DNA of 64,000 bases from Desulfatiglandales bacterium (GCA_963662465.1 OY759599.1:5632001-5696000), one strand, 5' to 3'; shown: positions 29,349 to 40,030, numbered from the stretch's first letter. Numbers and translations are program-made. The notes: generated by a model from the sequence alone, not told the origin.

Positions 29349-31136
29349 CTAACGCCAGCGGGTACGCTCAAATTTCCCCGTTATGGCCGCATTCACCACA
29401 TCCCGGCGTGTGCCCAGCCAGTTTTTGGGGAAACCGATGCCTGACCCGAGGGTAGCCATCTTGAGGCTGTCGGTGGCATAGACCAGGGATTCAGCCACCT
29501 GGAAGTCCCGGTCGATCATACCGGGACAGCAGGAGTGAACTACCCGGGCCCCGCTTTTTTCCACGGCTTCCACCAATCCCGCCTTTTTGGCGGCGCTGTA
29601 CATGATATAGTCCGTATATAACCAGAGACGCTTTTTCACCTTCTGCCCATTCAGGAGTTTGGCCAGTTCGACGAATTCCTCAAGGGTCAAAAACGGGCAC
29701 CCCACCACCGCCACATCGATTTCACGATTCTCGGTCTGATGGATGCCGTGGAAAAGGGCGCGTAAATCCGCCTTGCCGATTTGAATGCGCTCTACATCAG
29801 CGGGAATTTCACCCCCGAAAGCATCCTCAAGGGTCTGGGCTTCGGGGGTAATGCCCACAATGTGGATCATGGGGTAGGTCAACGCCGGGGAGACGCAGGC
29901 ACAGAATGCCTTGGCCTGCTCGTTGGTCATCTCCTTGAGACCCGCCACTACCGGCACCCGGTCCACGGCCCGAAAGCCGATGGCGCCTCCCAGGGCAACA
30001 AAGTCGCCGATATCCAGCAATTCCGGAAGAACTTCGGGGGCCACCTCAAAGAGCATCTGTCCCTTCCGATTTTTCCAGAGATGCATGCCGTATTCGGGCA
30101 TGACGCCGGTAATAGCAGCATAGAGGACCATGTTGGCGGGGTCGCGATTCACCCTGGCCCCCAGCATGGTATTGGTGTAGGCCGCGTGGTTGCTTTCGCT
30201 GGTCACATGGCATTCCCCGAACCGTGCCACGCTCATGTGCATGTAAGGGATGCAGGTGGGGATCACATGAACCCCCATGGACTTCAGATTGTCATGAACC
30301 GGCTTCATGGCCTCATACACTTTTCGGGCAGGGGTCCGAACCTTGTAATGCCAGGGCATGCCAAGGTCGTCCACCAGTTCGTCCGCTATGAAGGTACTCT
30401 CCAACGTAGTGGGAACGGCCACTTTGGCGTCCAGTTTCGCAAATTCCTCATAAATGGGCCAGGCGCCGATGACCAAACCTTCAGTCTTCCAGTCGGAAAA
30501 TACATGGGCTGAACGAATTTTGGCCATTTTTGTGGAACCCATCCCCTGACCGAATTTCACCAGTCGCTCCATGGCCACCTGTTTGGCTTTGCCGCGCTTG
30601 CCCGCCAGCATCTCCTGTTCATGGGATGTCAGTTGGAGACAGTCTTTTTTCCAGCCCCTTGCCTTCTTTCTCTCCGGTGTTACCTCTTCCGCGGCCGCTT
30701 CCTTTGAACAAACCTCGACAATGGCCTCTCCGCCGGCTTCAGGCGCCGTAATCTTGACCCGGTCTCCTGTTTTTATGGTTTGGCAAGGATCCAGGTCAAA
30801 ACCGTCCACCGCCGGGATCCCAGCGTCCACGGCGCCCCCCACGCTGATGGGATGAACCGTCCGACAGATCAGGGCCTTGGGACCTTTGCCGGTGATCTTG
30901 CATTTGAAATACAGCCCCCAGGCGCCTCCCGTGGAAAAAATATCGGTATCATAAACAATGATCTTCCCAGCATAGCTCTGACCCATCAGAGGGTGGCCGT
31001 TCATACGGATCACGCCGTCGGATCCGATGGCATTAAAAAGATGACTCAATTTTTCGGTGGTGACCAGGGCCTCCCCTTCGACCTCGCCTTCAACGCGCGT
31101 GATACCATGAAGAACTTTGCTTGGTTTTTGTTCCAT
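29349..31136 (-). CDS. Aconitase X, fused swivel (DUF126) + catalytic (DUF521) domains
   Basis: GEVEGEALVT swivel start; EMLAGKRGKAKQVAM; TCIPY; ESNHAAYTNTMLGARVNR; AAITG..P.YGMH; HIVGITPEA; GCPF; ATDSLK. Confidence 0.87.
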   Translation of the reverse strand: MEQKPSKVLHGITRVEGEVEGEALVTTEKLSHLFNAIGSDGVIRMNGHPLMGQSYAGKIIVYDTDIFSTGGAWGLYFKCKITGKGPKALICRTVHPISVGGAVDAGIPAVDGFDLDPCQTIKTGDRVKITAPEAGGEAIVEVCSKEAAAEEVTPERKKARGWKKDCLQLTSHEQEMLAGKRGKAKQVAMERLVKFGQGMGSTKMAKIRSAHVFSDWKTEGLVIGAWPIYEEFAKLDAKVAVPTTLESTFIADELVDDLGMPWHYKVRTPARKVYEAMKPVHDNLKSMGVHVIPTCIPYMHMSVARFGECHVTSESNHAAYTNTMLGARVNRDPANMVLYAAITGVMPEYGMHLWKNRKGQMLFEVAPEVLPELLDIGDFVALGGAIGFRAVDRVPVVAGLKEMTNEQAKAFCACVSPALTYPMIHIVGITPEAQTLEDAFGGEIPADVERIQIGKADLRALFHGIHQTENREIDVAVVGCPFLTLEEFVELAKLLNGQKVKKRLWLYTDYIMYSAAKKAGLVEAVEKSGARVVHSCCPGMIDRDFQVAESLVYATDSLKMATLGSGIGFPKNWLGTRRDVVNAAITGKFERTRWR

Positions 31137-31250
31137 ATTTTCCTCCAGGATAATGGTAGATGATTGACTAAAGCCCTCGTGCCGCCGAACGTTCCTTGGA
31201 AATCAGGTCCCCATCCAGCTTGAAGTAGTCCCAGGCCCTCTCCTCCCTGA

Positions 31251-33632
31251 TTATGTTTGCTGTGAACTGTCTTGATGCAAATCCTTCAGACCTTCCGCGG
31301 ACCGGATATGCAGGTCCAGTTGCGGAAAGGATATTTCGATGTTGTTTTCCCTGAAAATACGGGTGATGTGGTAGCGTACCTCCGAGTCGGCATATCGGTC
31401 GGACCAACCCTTGATCCATAGCCTGAGGGAAAAAACCAGGGTGTTGTCGCCGAAATCGAGAAATCGGACTCTCGGAGGCGGTCGATCGATCACCTTGGCG
31501 CTTTGTTTGGCGGCTGAAAGGAGCAGTTCGGTCACTTTTTCCACATCGGAGCCGTAGGCCACGCCAATTTTGATTTCCTGGCGGTAGCGCCGGTCCGCAT
31601 GGCTCCAGTTGATCATTTTCTGCGATATCAACAGGGAATTGGGCACAAAGATGGTGGCCCCTGAAAACGCTTTGACAAGGGTATTGCGAATGGTCACTTT
31701 CCTGACATGCCCTCTGATATTGTCGATTTCCACCAAATCCCCCGGCTGAAGGCTTCTCCCAAACAGGAGAATTAATCCGCCGATGAAATTGTTCACGATG
31801 TTCTGCAACCCGAAACCCAAGCCCACGGAAAGGCCTCCGGCGATAACGGCCAGGTTTCTGAAGGAGATGCCCAGAAGTCCCAACGCGGCCAAAACGAACA
31901 GGGACCAGAGTACGTAGGTGACAATGGTGTCCAGGGACTGCACCGAACCCGAATCCAAGTCCCGGTGGCGTTCCGGCAGTTTGGTTAAAGCCGAACGTGC
32001 CAGGGCAATGCCGGCGCGAACCGCAAACAGGAGGGAAAAAATACAGATAATGCGATAGATGCTGAAGGTGAAGTTATCCCAGCCGACCCGATAACGGATG
32101 ACGTCCAGAAAAAGTGACCCTCCCCCCACAAAGATAAAGATCCAGGCAAGACTCAATAACAGCAGGGTCAAAAAGATCAGTGGAAACCCCAGACCCCGTA
32201 TAGCCACGGGGGAATGAGCATCCAAAGGTATTTTTTTGCGCTGCCGACGAGAACCGATCTTCCCCAATCCGACACTGAGCCCCTTGGCCAGACGAACATT
32301 CAGCGATAGCAACAGCAACAGCATCCCTATCAGAACAGATAGATAACCCCAACCCAGGAAGGCCATAAAGGCCAGCATCGGCATGGCCGCAACGAGAATG
32401 GCCCTGGATATATTTGCCCAACGCTCGTTTTTCGTCTTGGCGCGGGCATAGTGCCAACACAGGACCAAAAGCCAGATCGACCACACCGGGATAAACGTTT
32501 CCTCCGGAATATGAAGCGACTCCAGAAGGGCGCAGACGGAGACAGCGGCCCAGAGTGGGATCAAACGATGGGGTTCAGAATCCTGATCGGGGAAGAATAA
32601 ATGCCGCAGATTTCGAGAAAGGGAGATCAGGCCGTAAACCAGAATCACCGTTACCGCCGTTGAAAAAAATGCTGACGGAAAAAGCCCCGTGGAAGAAACA
32701 CCCAGGAGGATGCCGGCGCTTGCGGCACAGGACAGGAGGAAGGGGAGCAGTTGAATGTCCTTCAGACTTTCGAACCGCTTTTCGATCCGTTTCAGAAAGG
32801 CGATGGACATTCCCAGAAAGAGCAGGAAAAACAATACAATTTTGGACATAAACATCGTCCATCCCATCCCCTTCAAGTCGATGGGTTCCAGGAGATAAAT
32901 ACCGAATCCGGATGCCCATTTCCAGGCAGCGGTGAGCCCCGATGACCAGGCTGGGGCCGAAAAAAAGCTGGCGGTGCGCCTCAGCAAATGGGTTTCCAAA
33001 ACCCGATTGGATTCCTGCTCAATTCGAGCCCGGTCTTTTTCCAAAAGAAGGATAAAGCTCTCGGCAGCCTCAAGCCCCTTGGTCAAACCGAGGGTCATGG
33101 GTTGGAGTTTGGCTTGCAGAGCCGCCAGATCGTTCAAATAGGCCTTTACCGCCATATCCATGTGGGGGCCCAATTGTTTGATGGGATTCTCTTCCTGATT
33201 GAGTTTGCGGAACAAATCGGCCAGGTTCTCCATTTGTCGCACCACGGACGCTTTTTCCTGTTTGAATGGTGAAACGAGCCTGTCCGCTTCACGTTCAAAC
33301 CAACCCAGAACACCCAGGATATCCTGTAAGATAAGCGGGTTTCCAGACCTGAGATCAAAATAGAGCATGAGCTTTTCAAACCGGGATCTTAGCAGGTACA
33401 GGTGTTTTTGAAGGTTTGACAGTCGATCCGGCAGTTTTAAGGCCAACTGGTCCACGGCTTTGGCGGTCTCGGTAAGCTCCTGGTGCTGACGTTTCAGCAA
33501 TTCGTCCCAACTGTCGGGTTCATTTCCGGAAGGGTTGCAGGCGAGAAGAGACATCAGCATCAAAACCAAAAAAAAAAGGTGAAGATGCGTTTGATCTCTT
33601 CTGATAACCTTTTTTTTTCGCTTACAGCTCAT
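31251..33632 (-). CDS. Large MscS/MscK-family mechanosensitive channel
   Basis: GGLSVGLGFGLQNIVNNFIGGLILL, VPNS, IGVAYGSD, ISFPQLDLH; lipoprotein-like N-terminus. Confidence 0.9.
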   Translation of the reverse strand: MSCKRKKKVIRRDQTHLHLFFLVLMLMSLLACNPSGNEPDSWDELLKRQHQELTETAKAVDQLALKLPDRLSNLQKHLYLLRSRFEKLMLYFDLRSGNPLILQDILGVLGWFEREADRLVSPFKQEKASVVRQMENLADLFRKLNQEENPIKQLGPHMDMAVKAYLNDLAALQAKLQPMTLGLTKGLEAAESFILLLEKDRARIEQESNRVLETHLLRRTASFFSAPAWSSGLTAAWKWASGFGIYLLEPIDLKGMGWTMFMSKIVLFFLLFLGMSIAFLKRIEKRFESLKDIQLLPFLLSCAASAGILLGVSSTGLFPSAFFSTAVTVILVYGLISLSRNLRHLFFPDQDSEPHRLIPLWAAVSVCALLESLHIPEETFIPVWSIWLLVLCWHYARAKTKNERWANISRAILVAAMPMLAFMAFLGWGYLSVLIGMLLLLLSLNVRLAKGLSVGLGKIGSRRQRKKIPLDAHSPVAIRGLGFPLIFLTLLLLSLAWIFIFVGGGSLFLDVIRYRVGWDNFTFSIYRIICIFSLLFAVRAGIALARSALTKLPERHRDLDSGSVQSLDTIVTYVLWSLFVLAALGLLGISFRNLAVIAGGLSVGLGFGLQNIVNNFIGGLILLFGRSLQPGDLVEIDNIRGHVRKVTIRNTLVKAFSGATIFVPNSLLISQKMINWSHADRRYRQEIKIGVAYGSDVEKVTELLLSAAKQSAKVIDRPPPRVRFLDFGDNTLVFSLRLWIKGWSDRYADSEVRYHITRIFRENNIEISFPQLDLHIRSAEGLKDLHQDSSQQT

Positions 33633-33874
33633 ACCGGTCCTCCCTGAGGATTGTTCATTTCTAATAAGTTCGGTGGGAAATACCTCATTTCAGTAACATG
33701 AGATAACAAACGACTGCGAAAAGGCAAGGGAAAAATTGTTGACAATAATCGAAAGATATTAAATCATTCGGGAAAGCCTATCAAATGGTCCCCCCCATTT
33801 TTTTCTGGAAGGACTTTTTCATGAACACCCAGACATATAACGTTCAGGATGCCAAAAACAAGGGAGGCGTCAAA

Positions 33875-35419
33875 ATGAAAAAACTGCCTGTCAGCATTAG
33901 CAATCTCAGGGAAATTATAGAGGAAGGCTACGCGTATGTGGATAAATCCGGATTTGTCCATGAATTGACGGAAAAAGGCAAATACTATTTTCTTTCCAGA
34001 CCACGGCGTTTCGGAAAATCCCTGTTCATAGACACCCTCAAGGAGGCTTTCGAGGCCAATGAGGATCTCTTTCGCGGCCTTTGGCTGCAGGATCACTGGA
34101 ACTGGAAAAAACGCTTCCCCGTAATCCACATCTCCTTTGGCAGCGGCGTCATCAGGAACCGTGAAGAGCTTGACCGAAGGATCATGGATATTCTTTACCG
34201 AAACGAGAGGGCTTTGGGGGTTATCTGCAAACAACCGAACGACATCCCAGGCTATTTTGGTGAGCTGATTCGCAATAGTGCGAAAAAATACGGTCTGCGC
34301 ACCGTTGTTCTGATCGATGAATACGATAAGCCCATTCTGGATAATATCTCCGACGGCGCCATGGCTTTCGAAGTTCGAGAAGGGCTGAAAAATCTATATT
34401 CCGTCATCAAGGACAGCGACGCCCATATTCAGTTCGCCTTTCTTACCGGCGTATCCAAGTTCTCAAAGGTGAGCCTGTTTTCAGGCCTGAACAACCTCAA
34501 GGATATTACCTTGGACCCGCAATATTCCACGATCTGCGGTTATACCGAACCTGAGATGACCGCGGTATTTTCTGAACATCTGAAAGACAAATCCCTGGCG
34601 GATATCCGCAAGTGGTATAATGGGTACGCCTGGCTTGGAGAAAAGGTATATAATCCCTTCAGTATTCTGAATTATCTTCAGGACGGCACTTTTCGCAACT
34701 ACTGGTTTGAGACGGGCACACCCGAATTTCTAATAAAGTTGGTCCTTGCCAAAAGATATCTCGTTCCCGGCTTGCAGCATACGCTTGCCACGGAAAGTCT
34801 TTTGGGGAGTTTCGATATCGACGCCATCGAGATCGAGACCCTCATGTTTCAAACCGGATATCTGACCATTCAGGAGAAACAGCAGTTCGGCAATATGACG
34901 GCATACCGCCTGGATTTTCCGAATCTGGAAGTAAAAATGAGTTTTACCGATAGCGTCTCAGCCTATCTGTTGAACCGGCGTCCCGCGCATGAACGGTACA
35001 AAATCGATTTATACCAATCCCTTGCATCCGGCAGAATAAATGAGATCGAACGGGTCTATCGCGGCCTGTTTTCCGCCATTCCCCACGACTGGTACCGCAA
35101 GAACAAATTGTCCGAATACGAAGGATATTACGCCTCCATCTTCTACTGCTACTTTACCGCCCTCGGCCTGGATGTGATTGCCGAGGATACGACCTGTCGC
35201 GATCGCATCGACATGACGGTGAAAATGGACAACAAGGTCTATATCTTCGAATTCAAGGTGGTGGACATCGACAAGACCCCCGGAACGGCACTGGAACAGA
35301 TCAGACAAAAAGGATATGCCGACAAATACCGCTCAAGCACCTCCGAGATCTACCGGATCGGCGTGGAATTCGACCGCAATGAGCGCAATATCGTCCGGTT
35401 CGAGTGGGATCGGGGGTAA
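33875..35419 (+). CDS. AAA-ATPase-like + PD-(D/E)xK nuclease protein
   Basis: YVDKS, LSRPRRFGKSL, LIDEYDKP, TGVSKFS..SGLNNL, EGYYAS, RIDM...FEFK, ALEQI..KGY. Confidence 0.9.
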   Translation: MKKLPVSISNLREIIEEGYAYVDKSGFVHELTEKGKYYFLSRPRRFGKSLFIDTLKEAFEANEDLFRGLWLQDHWNWKKRFPVIHISFGSGVIRNREELDRRIMDILYRNERALGVICKQPNDIPGYFGELIRNSAKKYGLRTVVLIDEYDKPILDNISDGAMAFEVREGLKNLYSVIKDSDAHIQFAFLTGVSKFSKVSLFSGLNNLKDITLDPQYSTICGYTEPEMTAVFSEHLKDKSLADIRKWYNGYAWLGEKVYNPFSILNYLQDGTFRNYWFETGTPEFLIKLVLAKRYLVPGLQHTLATESLLGSFDIDAIEIETLMFQTGYLTIQEKQQFGNMTAYRLDFPNLEVKMSFTDSVSAYLLNRRPAHERYKIDLYQSLASGRINEIERVYRGLFSAIPHDWYRKNKLSEYEGYYASIFYCYFTALGLDVIAEDTTCRDRIDMTVKMDNKVYIFEFKVVDIDKTPGTALEQIRQKGYADKYRSSTSEIYRIGVEFDRNERNIVRFEWDRG

Positions 35420-35507
35420 ACGCAGGGGGGGCTTACCTGATCCCATCTTCTTTTCCCCTTCACCTTTAACAAAAGGTTTTCCTCTTAATAGCTAACAACT
35501 TCAAAAA

Positions 35508-36815
35508 TCATTTCGTCATCATATTCGGCAGCAAAAGCGCCAGATCCGGAAAAACGGTAACAAGAATCACCACCGCGAATATAGCCAGCAGAAACGGGGC
35601 CACACCGCGAAAAATGGTCTCCACCGGTACACCCTTGGCAACACCCGCCACCGTAAAGATATTCAGGCCCATGGGAGGGGTGATTAGTCCCGCCTCCATC
35701 ATCAACACCGCGATCACACCAAACCAGATGGGGTTGAACCCCAATGCCAGAATCACCGGATAAATGACCGGCATGGTCAAAACCATCATGCTGATGGCGT
35801 CCAGAAAACAGCCTAGAAACATGTACATAAGAATAACAACGGTGTGAATCACATAGGGGGAAACATCCAGGGTTCCGGCCCATTCGGCCACCTGCATGGG
35901 AATGGTGGACAGCGCCAGAAAATAACTGAACACATTGGCCCCGGCCACGAGAAACAGCACCATAATGGAAATGTGTACCGATTCCTGAAGGGCGTTGGTG
36001 AGATTTTTCCAGGTCAGTTTCTTTTTGAAAAGGGCGATCAACAACAGCACCGTAGCCCCGATGGCGCCTGCTTCCGTGGGTGTAAAGAAGCCTCCGTAGA
36101 TCCCTCCCATGACCAGCAAAAAGACCGCCAGGGGTTCCCATACCTTCAGAAGGGCGGCAAATTTAACGCGCCGGGAAACGGATTCAAGGTTCGCCGGCGC
36201 CAGGGCCGGATTGATCTTCACCATGAAGACCACGATCCCCACATAGGCCAGCGCCAGGGTCAAACCGGGGAAAATGCCTGCCACCAGCAGCTTCCCAATG
36301 GACTGCTCGGTCAGCATGCCGTACACGATGAACCCGATGCTCGGTGGGATCAAAAACCCCAGCGTGCCCCCTGCGGCGATGCTGCCCGTGGCTAGTCGGG
36401 GATGGTATTTATATCGCTCCATTTCGGGCAGCGCCACGGTCCCCATGGTGGCCGCCGTGGCCACGGATGAACCGGAAACCGCTGCAAATCCGGCACAGGC
36501 CCCGATGGTAGCCACGGCAAGCCCTCCGGGCAACCGCCGCAACCATTTATCGAAGGTATTGTAGAGGTCCTTGGTCATACCCGAACTTGCCGCGAACCCC
36601 CCCATGACGATGAAGAGGGGAATCACCGTGTAGGGGAAATAGGCACTGACCTCGTAAACGGTTCGGGAGACCATTGGAAGCGCCGCTTCAATGCCGGACA
36701 GATAGGCAACCCCCGCAAAGCCCACGAACATTAAGGCATAGGCGATATGCATGCCGAGGAAAAGCAGCAGAAACACCAGGGCCGTGCCCATGATGCCGAT
36801 GGTCACAGGATCCAC
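35508..36815 (-). CDS. dctM: TRAP transporter large permease DctM
   Basis: FAAVSGSSVATAA, GTLGFLIPPS, FTPTEAGA, GLITPPMG. Confidence 0.95.
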   Translation of the reverse strand: MDPVTIGIMGTALVFLLLFLGMHIAYALMFVGFAGVAYLSGIEAALPMVSRTVYEVSAYFPYTVIPLFIVMGGFAASSGMTKDLYNTFDKWLRRLPGGLAVATIGACAGFAAVSGSSVATAATMGTVALPEMERYKYHPRLATGSIAAGGTLGFLIPPSIGFIVYGMLTEQSIGKLLVAGIFPGLTLALAYVGIVVFMVKINPALAPANLESVSRRVKFAALLKVWEPLAVFLLVMGGIYGGFFTPTEAGAIGATVLLLIALFKKKLTWKNLTNALQESVHISIMVLFLVAGANVFSYFLALSTIPMQVAEWAGTLDVSPYVIHTVVILMYMFLGCFLDAISMMVLTMPVIYPVILALGFNPIWFGVIAVLMMEAGLITPPMGLNIFTVAGVAKGVPVETIFRGVAPFLLAIFAVVILVTVFPDLALLLPNMMTK

Positions 36816-36817
36816 GG

Positions 36818-37291
36818 TTATCTCCTTACCAGTTTCCGGATAGCATCCACCAGGTCAAGCACCAGTTCCAGACAAAGAAAGACCCCGGCCACCGACACCA
36901 GCAGCCTGAAAGGGTATTGGGGCACTCGCAGCATATCCGAAACCGTGCGCTCTTCCATGCCCACCACCCAGCCCTGCCAGGCCATAACGGCGATAATGAA
37001 CAGACTCAGAAGGGTGGTCAAAATCTGAAGCGTCAGAGCCGCCTTTTCCGGAAGGCGAGACGTCAGCATGGTCACACGCACATGCCCCCCCACCTGGTGG
37101 GTGTAGGCAATTCCCAAAAGCATAAATATCGCCAGCATATAACTTGACAGTTCCATGGAACCGGGAATAGGCTTGGACCAGATGGCCCGACCCACAACCT
37201 CCCCGCTGGTCAGCAACATCATGGGGATCAGAAAAAACATGCCCACATAGTTTAAAGAAAAGGTAATACGTTGTATGATTTTCCGTATCAT
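36818..37291 (-). CDS. dctQ: TRAP transporter small permease DctQ
   Basis: 4 TM; EVVGR, ELS, GHVRV. Confidence 0.92.
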   Translation of the reverse strand: MIRKIIQRITFSLNYVGMFFLIPMMLLTSGEVVGRAIWSKPIPGSMELSSYMLAIFMLLGIAYTHQVGGHVRVTMLTSRLPEKAALTLQILTTLLSLFIIAVMAWQGWVVGMEERTVSDMLRVPQYPFRLLVSVAGVFLCLELVLDLVDAIRKLVRR

Positions 37292-37338
37292 CTTTTGCCG
37301 CTCCGTTTCGGTTGGGTGTAAGGTATCAGGTTAAAATG

Positions 37339-38400
37339 CTATTTTTTCCATTCCGGCGGCATGGCCACACAGGTTACCCCTGCATCCGTCGCGGCCTGGT
37401 CATACACGAGGACCGTCTTCTTGGCGGGAAGGCCCTTTTGTTCCAGATCCGCCACCCATTTTTTGGTGACATCCTGGAAACGGGCGAACCATTTCTTTTC
37501 CTGGTCCTGGGGCAGCTTGTAAAGCTTTATGCCCTTTGCCTCGATTTCCTTCATCATGGTCTTGTACACCGCCTGATTGAGACCGCCCGTGGTGCGAAAG
37601 GGATTGCCGCACACCTCTTCGATGATGACTTTAAGATCATCGGGGGTTTTTTCCCAAACTTTTTTGTTCATGATCACCCCTTCGGACACACAACCAAAGG
37701 TGGCTACCACGCCGTATTTGGCCACTTCATAGAGCTTGAAAGCTAAAACCAGGGGGGGGCAGGTTACCAGGCCGTCGATGGCGCCGGTTTCAAGGGAAAG
37801 GTACGCATCGCCCAGAGGCATGAACACCGGTTCCGCGCCCAGTGCCTTGATATACTGAGTCTGCAGACCGCCGGGGGCCCTGATTTTCATGCCTTTGAGG
37901 TCTGCAAGGGAATGGACCGGTTTTCGGGTCCACAAAAAGGCCTGGATGCAACCATTCAACTCTATGACTTTTACATCTTTAAACTCTTCTTCCAATGCGC
38001 CCTTGTACACCTTGTTGCCGATGTCAACGGCCACGTCTTTCCCATCCACCCAGGCCGCAAGGGACAAGACGTCGGTCAATGGAAACCTGCCCGGGGTCCA
38101 GGTGGCGGTAAAATACCCCATATCGGACATGCCGTTACGCACAATATCAAAATGTTCCGGGCCCTTACCGAGTGCGCCCCCCGCATAGAGAGTAGTCGTA
38201 ATACGGCCGTTGCTGCGCTTTTCCAGTTCCGCCAGCATGGGCTTCCACACCGTCTTCACTTCCCGGCTTGCGGGCGGATGCCATGTGGAGAATTTCAGGT
38301 GAATCTCACCATCCGAATCCGCCATTGCGATCGCGGGCAGAACCATGGCCAGGAAACCCACCAGCAGAAACCCCTCAAACAAACCTTTTCCTTTTTTCAT
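37339..38400 (-). CDS. dctP: TRAP substrate-binding protein DctP
   Basis: Signal peptide; DLKGMKIR, LGAEPV.MP..Y.SLETGAIDG. Confidence 0.92.
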   Translation of the reverse strand: MKKGKGLFEGFLLVGFLAMVLPAIAMADSDGEIHLKFSTWHPPASREVKTVWKPMLAELEKRSNGRITTTLYAGGALGKGPEHFDIVRNGMSDMGYFTATWTPGRFPLTDVLSLAAWVDGKDVAVDIGNKVYKGALEEEFKDVKVIELNGCIQAFLWTRKPVHSLADLKGMKIRAPGGLQTQYIKALGAEPVFMPLGDAYLSLETGAIDGLVTCPPLVLAFKLYEVAKYGVVATFGCVSEGVIMNKKVWEKTPDDLKVIIEEVCGNPFRTTGGLNQAVYKTMMKEIEAKGIKLYKLPQDQEKKWFARFQDVTKKWVADLEQKGLPAKKTVLVYDQAATDAGVTCVAMPPEWKK

Positions 38401-38651
38401 TCCCGATACCTCCTTAAAAAATTTGGTTGCCGTTCAAAAGACAAAAAAACCGTCCCATGATTCCTTATCCTTGATGGCTTCTATGCTCTTTCTCTAATGC
38501 CGAACCGATGAGAGGCTGTATGTAGTATCTAAAGGTTAGATATCAGGTTATCAAGGGAAAAATTTAGGATTAGCCGTTTCCGGTTTTTTATATTAAATTG
38601 TCTTTAAATTCATAAAATAAAACGCTAACGGCCAAAACAAAATCGCTTAGA

Positions 38652-39113
38652 ATGGGAAAAACAATGAAGGGGACCATTTCCAGGGAAAGAGCGGCATTTT
38701 TAGAAAAGGACTATGCACGCGGATTTATACAATACTGCCAGTTTAAACCCGAGGTCATCCAATATGGCTTTTTTCAGTCCCGGGTGACCATCAGGGAACA
38801 TCACCGGCAACAGGACACTTTTATTCACGCGGGGGTGATGGCCGCCATAGCCGACCATACAGCAGGATACGCGGCTTTTACAACGGTCTCGGAGGAATTT
38901 CAGATCCTGACCATTGAATTCAAAATCAATTTCCTGAAACCGGCCCATGGCAAAGCCCTGGTGTGTCGGTCAAAGGTCATTCGCGGGGGAAAACAGATCA
39001 TCATCGCGGAATCGGAAGTTTTTGATATTCATGAAGGAACGGAGACCATGAGCGCCAAGGCCATGGTGACCCTCATGGCCGTTCACAGAGAGAAGCTTAA
39101 ATCAAAAAGCTGA
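38652..39113 (+). CDS. PaaI-family thioesterase
   Basis: HRQQDTFIHAGVMAAIADHTAGYA, TIEFKINFLKPA. Confidence 0.9.
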   Translation: MGKTMKGTISRERAAFLEKDYARGFIQYCQFKPEVIQYGFFQSRVTIREHHRQQDTFIHAGVMAAIADHTAGYAAFTTVSEEFQILTIEFKINFLKPAHGKALVCRSKVIRGGKQIIIAESEVFDIHEGTETMSAKAMVTLMAVHREKLKSKS

Positions 39114-39821
39114 TGCGATCTCATCTGCCACCCGTTTCGCCGCGTCCCGAGGATCTTTCGCGTCCCGGATAGGGCGACCGATGACCACATAGTCGGATCC
39201 ATTCCTGACAGCGTCCGCCGGGGTGACAATACGTTTCTGGTCGTCTTTGTCCACCAGGGTCCAGGCTGGACGAATGCCGGGGGTTACCGCAATGAGGTCA
39301 GCGCCCATGGCCTTTTTGACCATCCCCACTTCCAGGCCGGAACAGACCACCCCATGGCAGCCGGCATCTTTTGCCAGCCTCGCCTTTTGAAGCACCAGGG
39401 CTGATATATCGTTGGCATATTCATCCCTGTATCCCAGGGCTTTCAGCTTTTCCTGGTTGAGGCTAGTGAGAACGGTAATGGCCAGAATTTTGGTATTGCC
39501 GGGATTGTTTTCCGCAGCGCTTTTGAGGATGTCGTCCCCCTCATCGCAGTGAACCGTCACAAACGCGGGGTGATGAAGGCTGGCGGCGCGAAAGGCCCGC
39601 TGCACTGTGGCGGGAATGTCATGCAACTTGAGATCCAGGAATATCCCAGCGCTGCTCACGTCACCAATGGCTTTGAGAATCTTCGGGCCCTGTGAAATGA
39701 ACAACTCCAGACCCACCTTGAAAAGACCCACCTCTTCTTTCAGAGTTTCCACATAGCCCATGGCCTGATCATAGTCGGGAAGGTCCAGGGGAAAGACAAT
39801 ATAGTCCTTGGGGGTTTTCAT
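39102..39821 (-). CDS. pyrF: Orotidine-5'-phosphate decarboxylase
   Basis: FKVGLELF, FLDLKLHDIPATV, VTPGIRP, DQKRI.TP, VIGRPI. Confidence 0.97.
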   Translation of the reverse strand: MKTPKDYIVFPLDLPDYDQAMGYVETLKEEVGLFKVGLELFISQGPKILKAIGDVSSAGIFLDLKLHDIPATVQRAFRAASLHHPAFVTVHCDEGDDILKSAAENNPGNTKILAITVLTSLNQEKLKALGYRDEYANDISALVLQKARLAKDAGCHGVVCSGLEVGMVKKAMGADLIAVTPGIRPAWTLVDKDDQKRIVTPADAVRNGSDYVVIGRPIRDAKDPRDAAKRVADEIASAF

Positions 39822-39931
39822 AATTTTCCTCGTTCGGATATTTTGGAGTTTAAAAAGGATTTCGATTATGATAGAAGTTAATAGTTGACATGGTCGAAAA
39901 AAACAACCATATTACGTGAATTCAATTTTGG

Positions 39932-40007
39932 GCCACCGTAGCTCAGTTGGTAGAGCACCTCACTCGTAATGAGGATGTCTGCGGTTCGATTCCGCACGGT
40001 GGCTCCA
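39932..40007 (+). tRNA. tRNA-Thr(CGT)
   Basis: GCCACCG acceptor stem, AGCTCAGTTGGTAGAGC D-arm, CCTCA-CTCGTAA-TGAGG anticodon arm, GGTTCGATTCC T-arm, encoded CCA. Confidence 0.97.
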
Positions 40008-40030
40008 ATAGAAAAAATTTTGTTCAAGTC

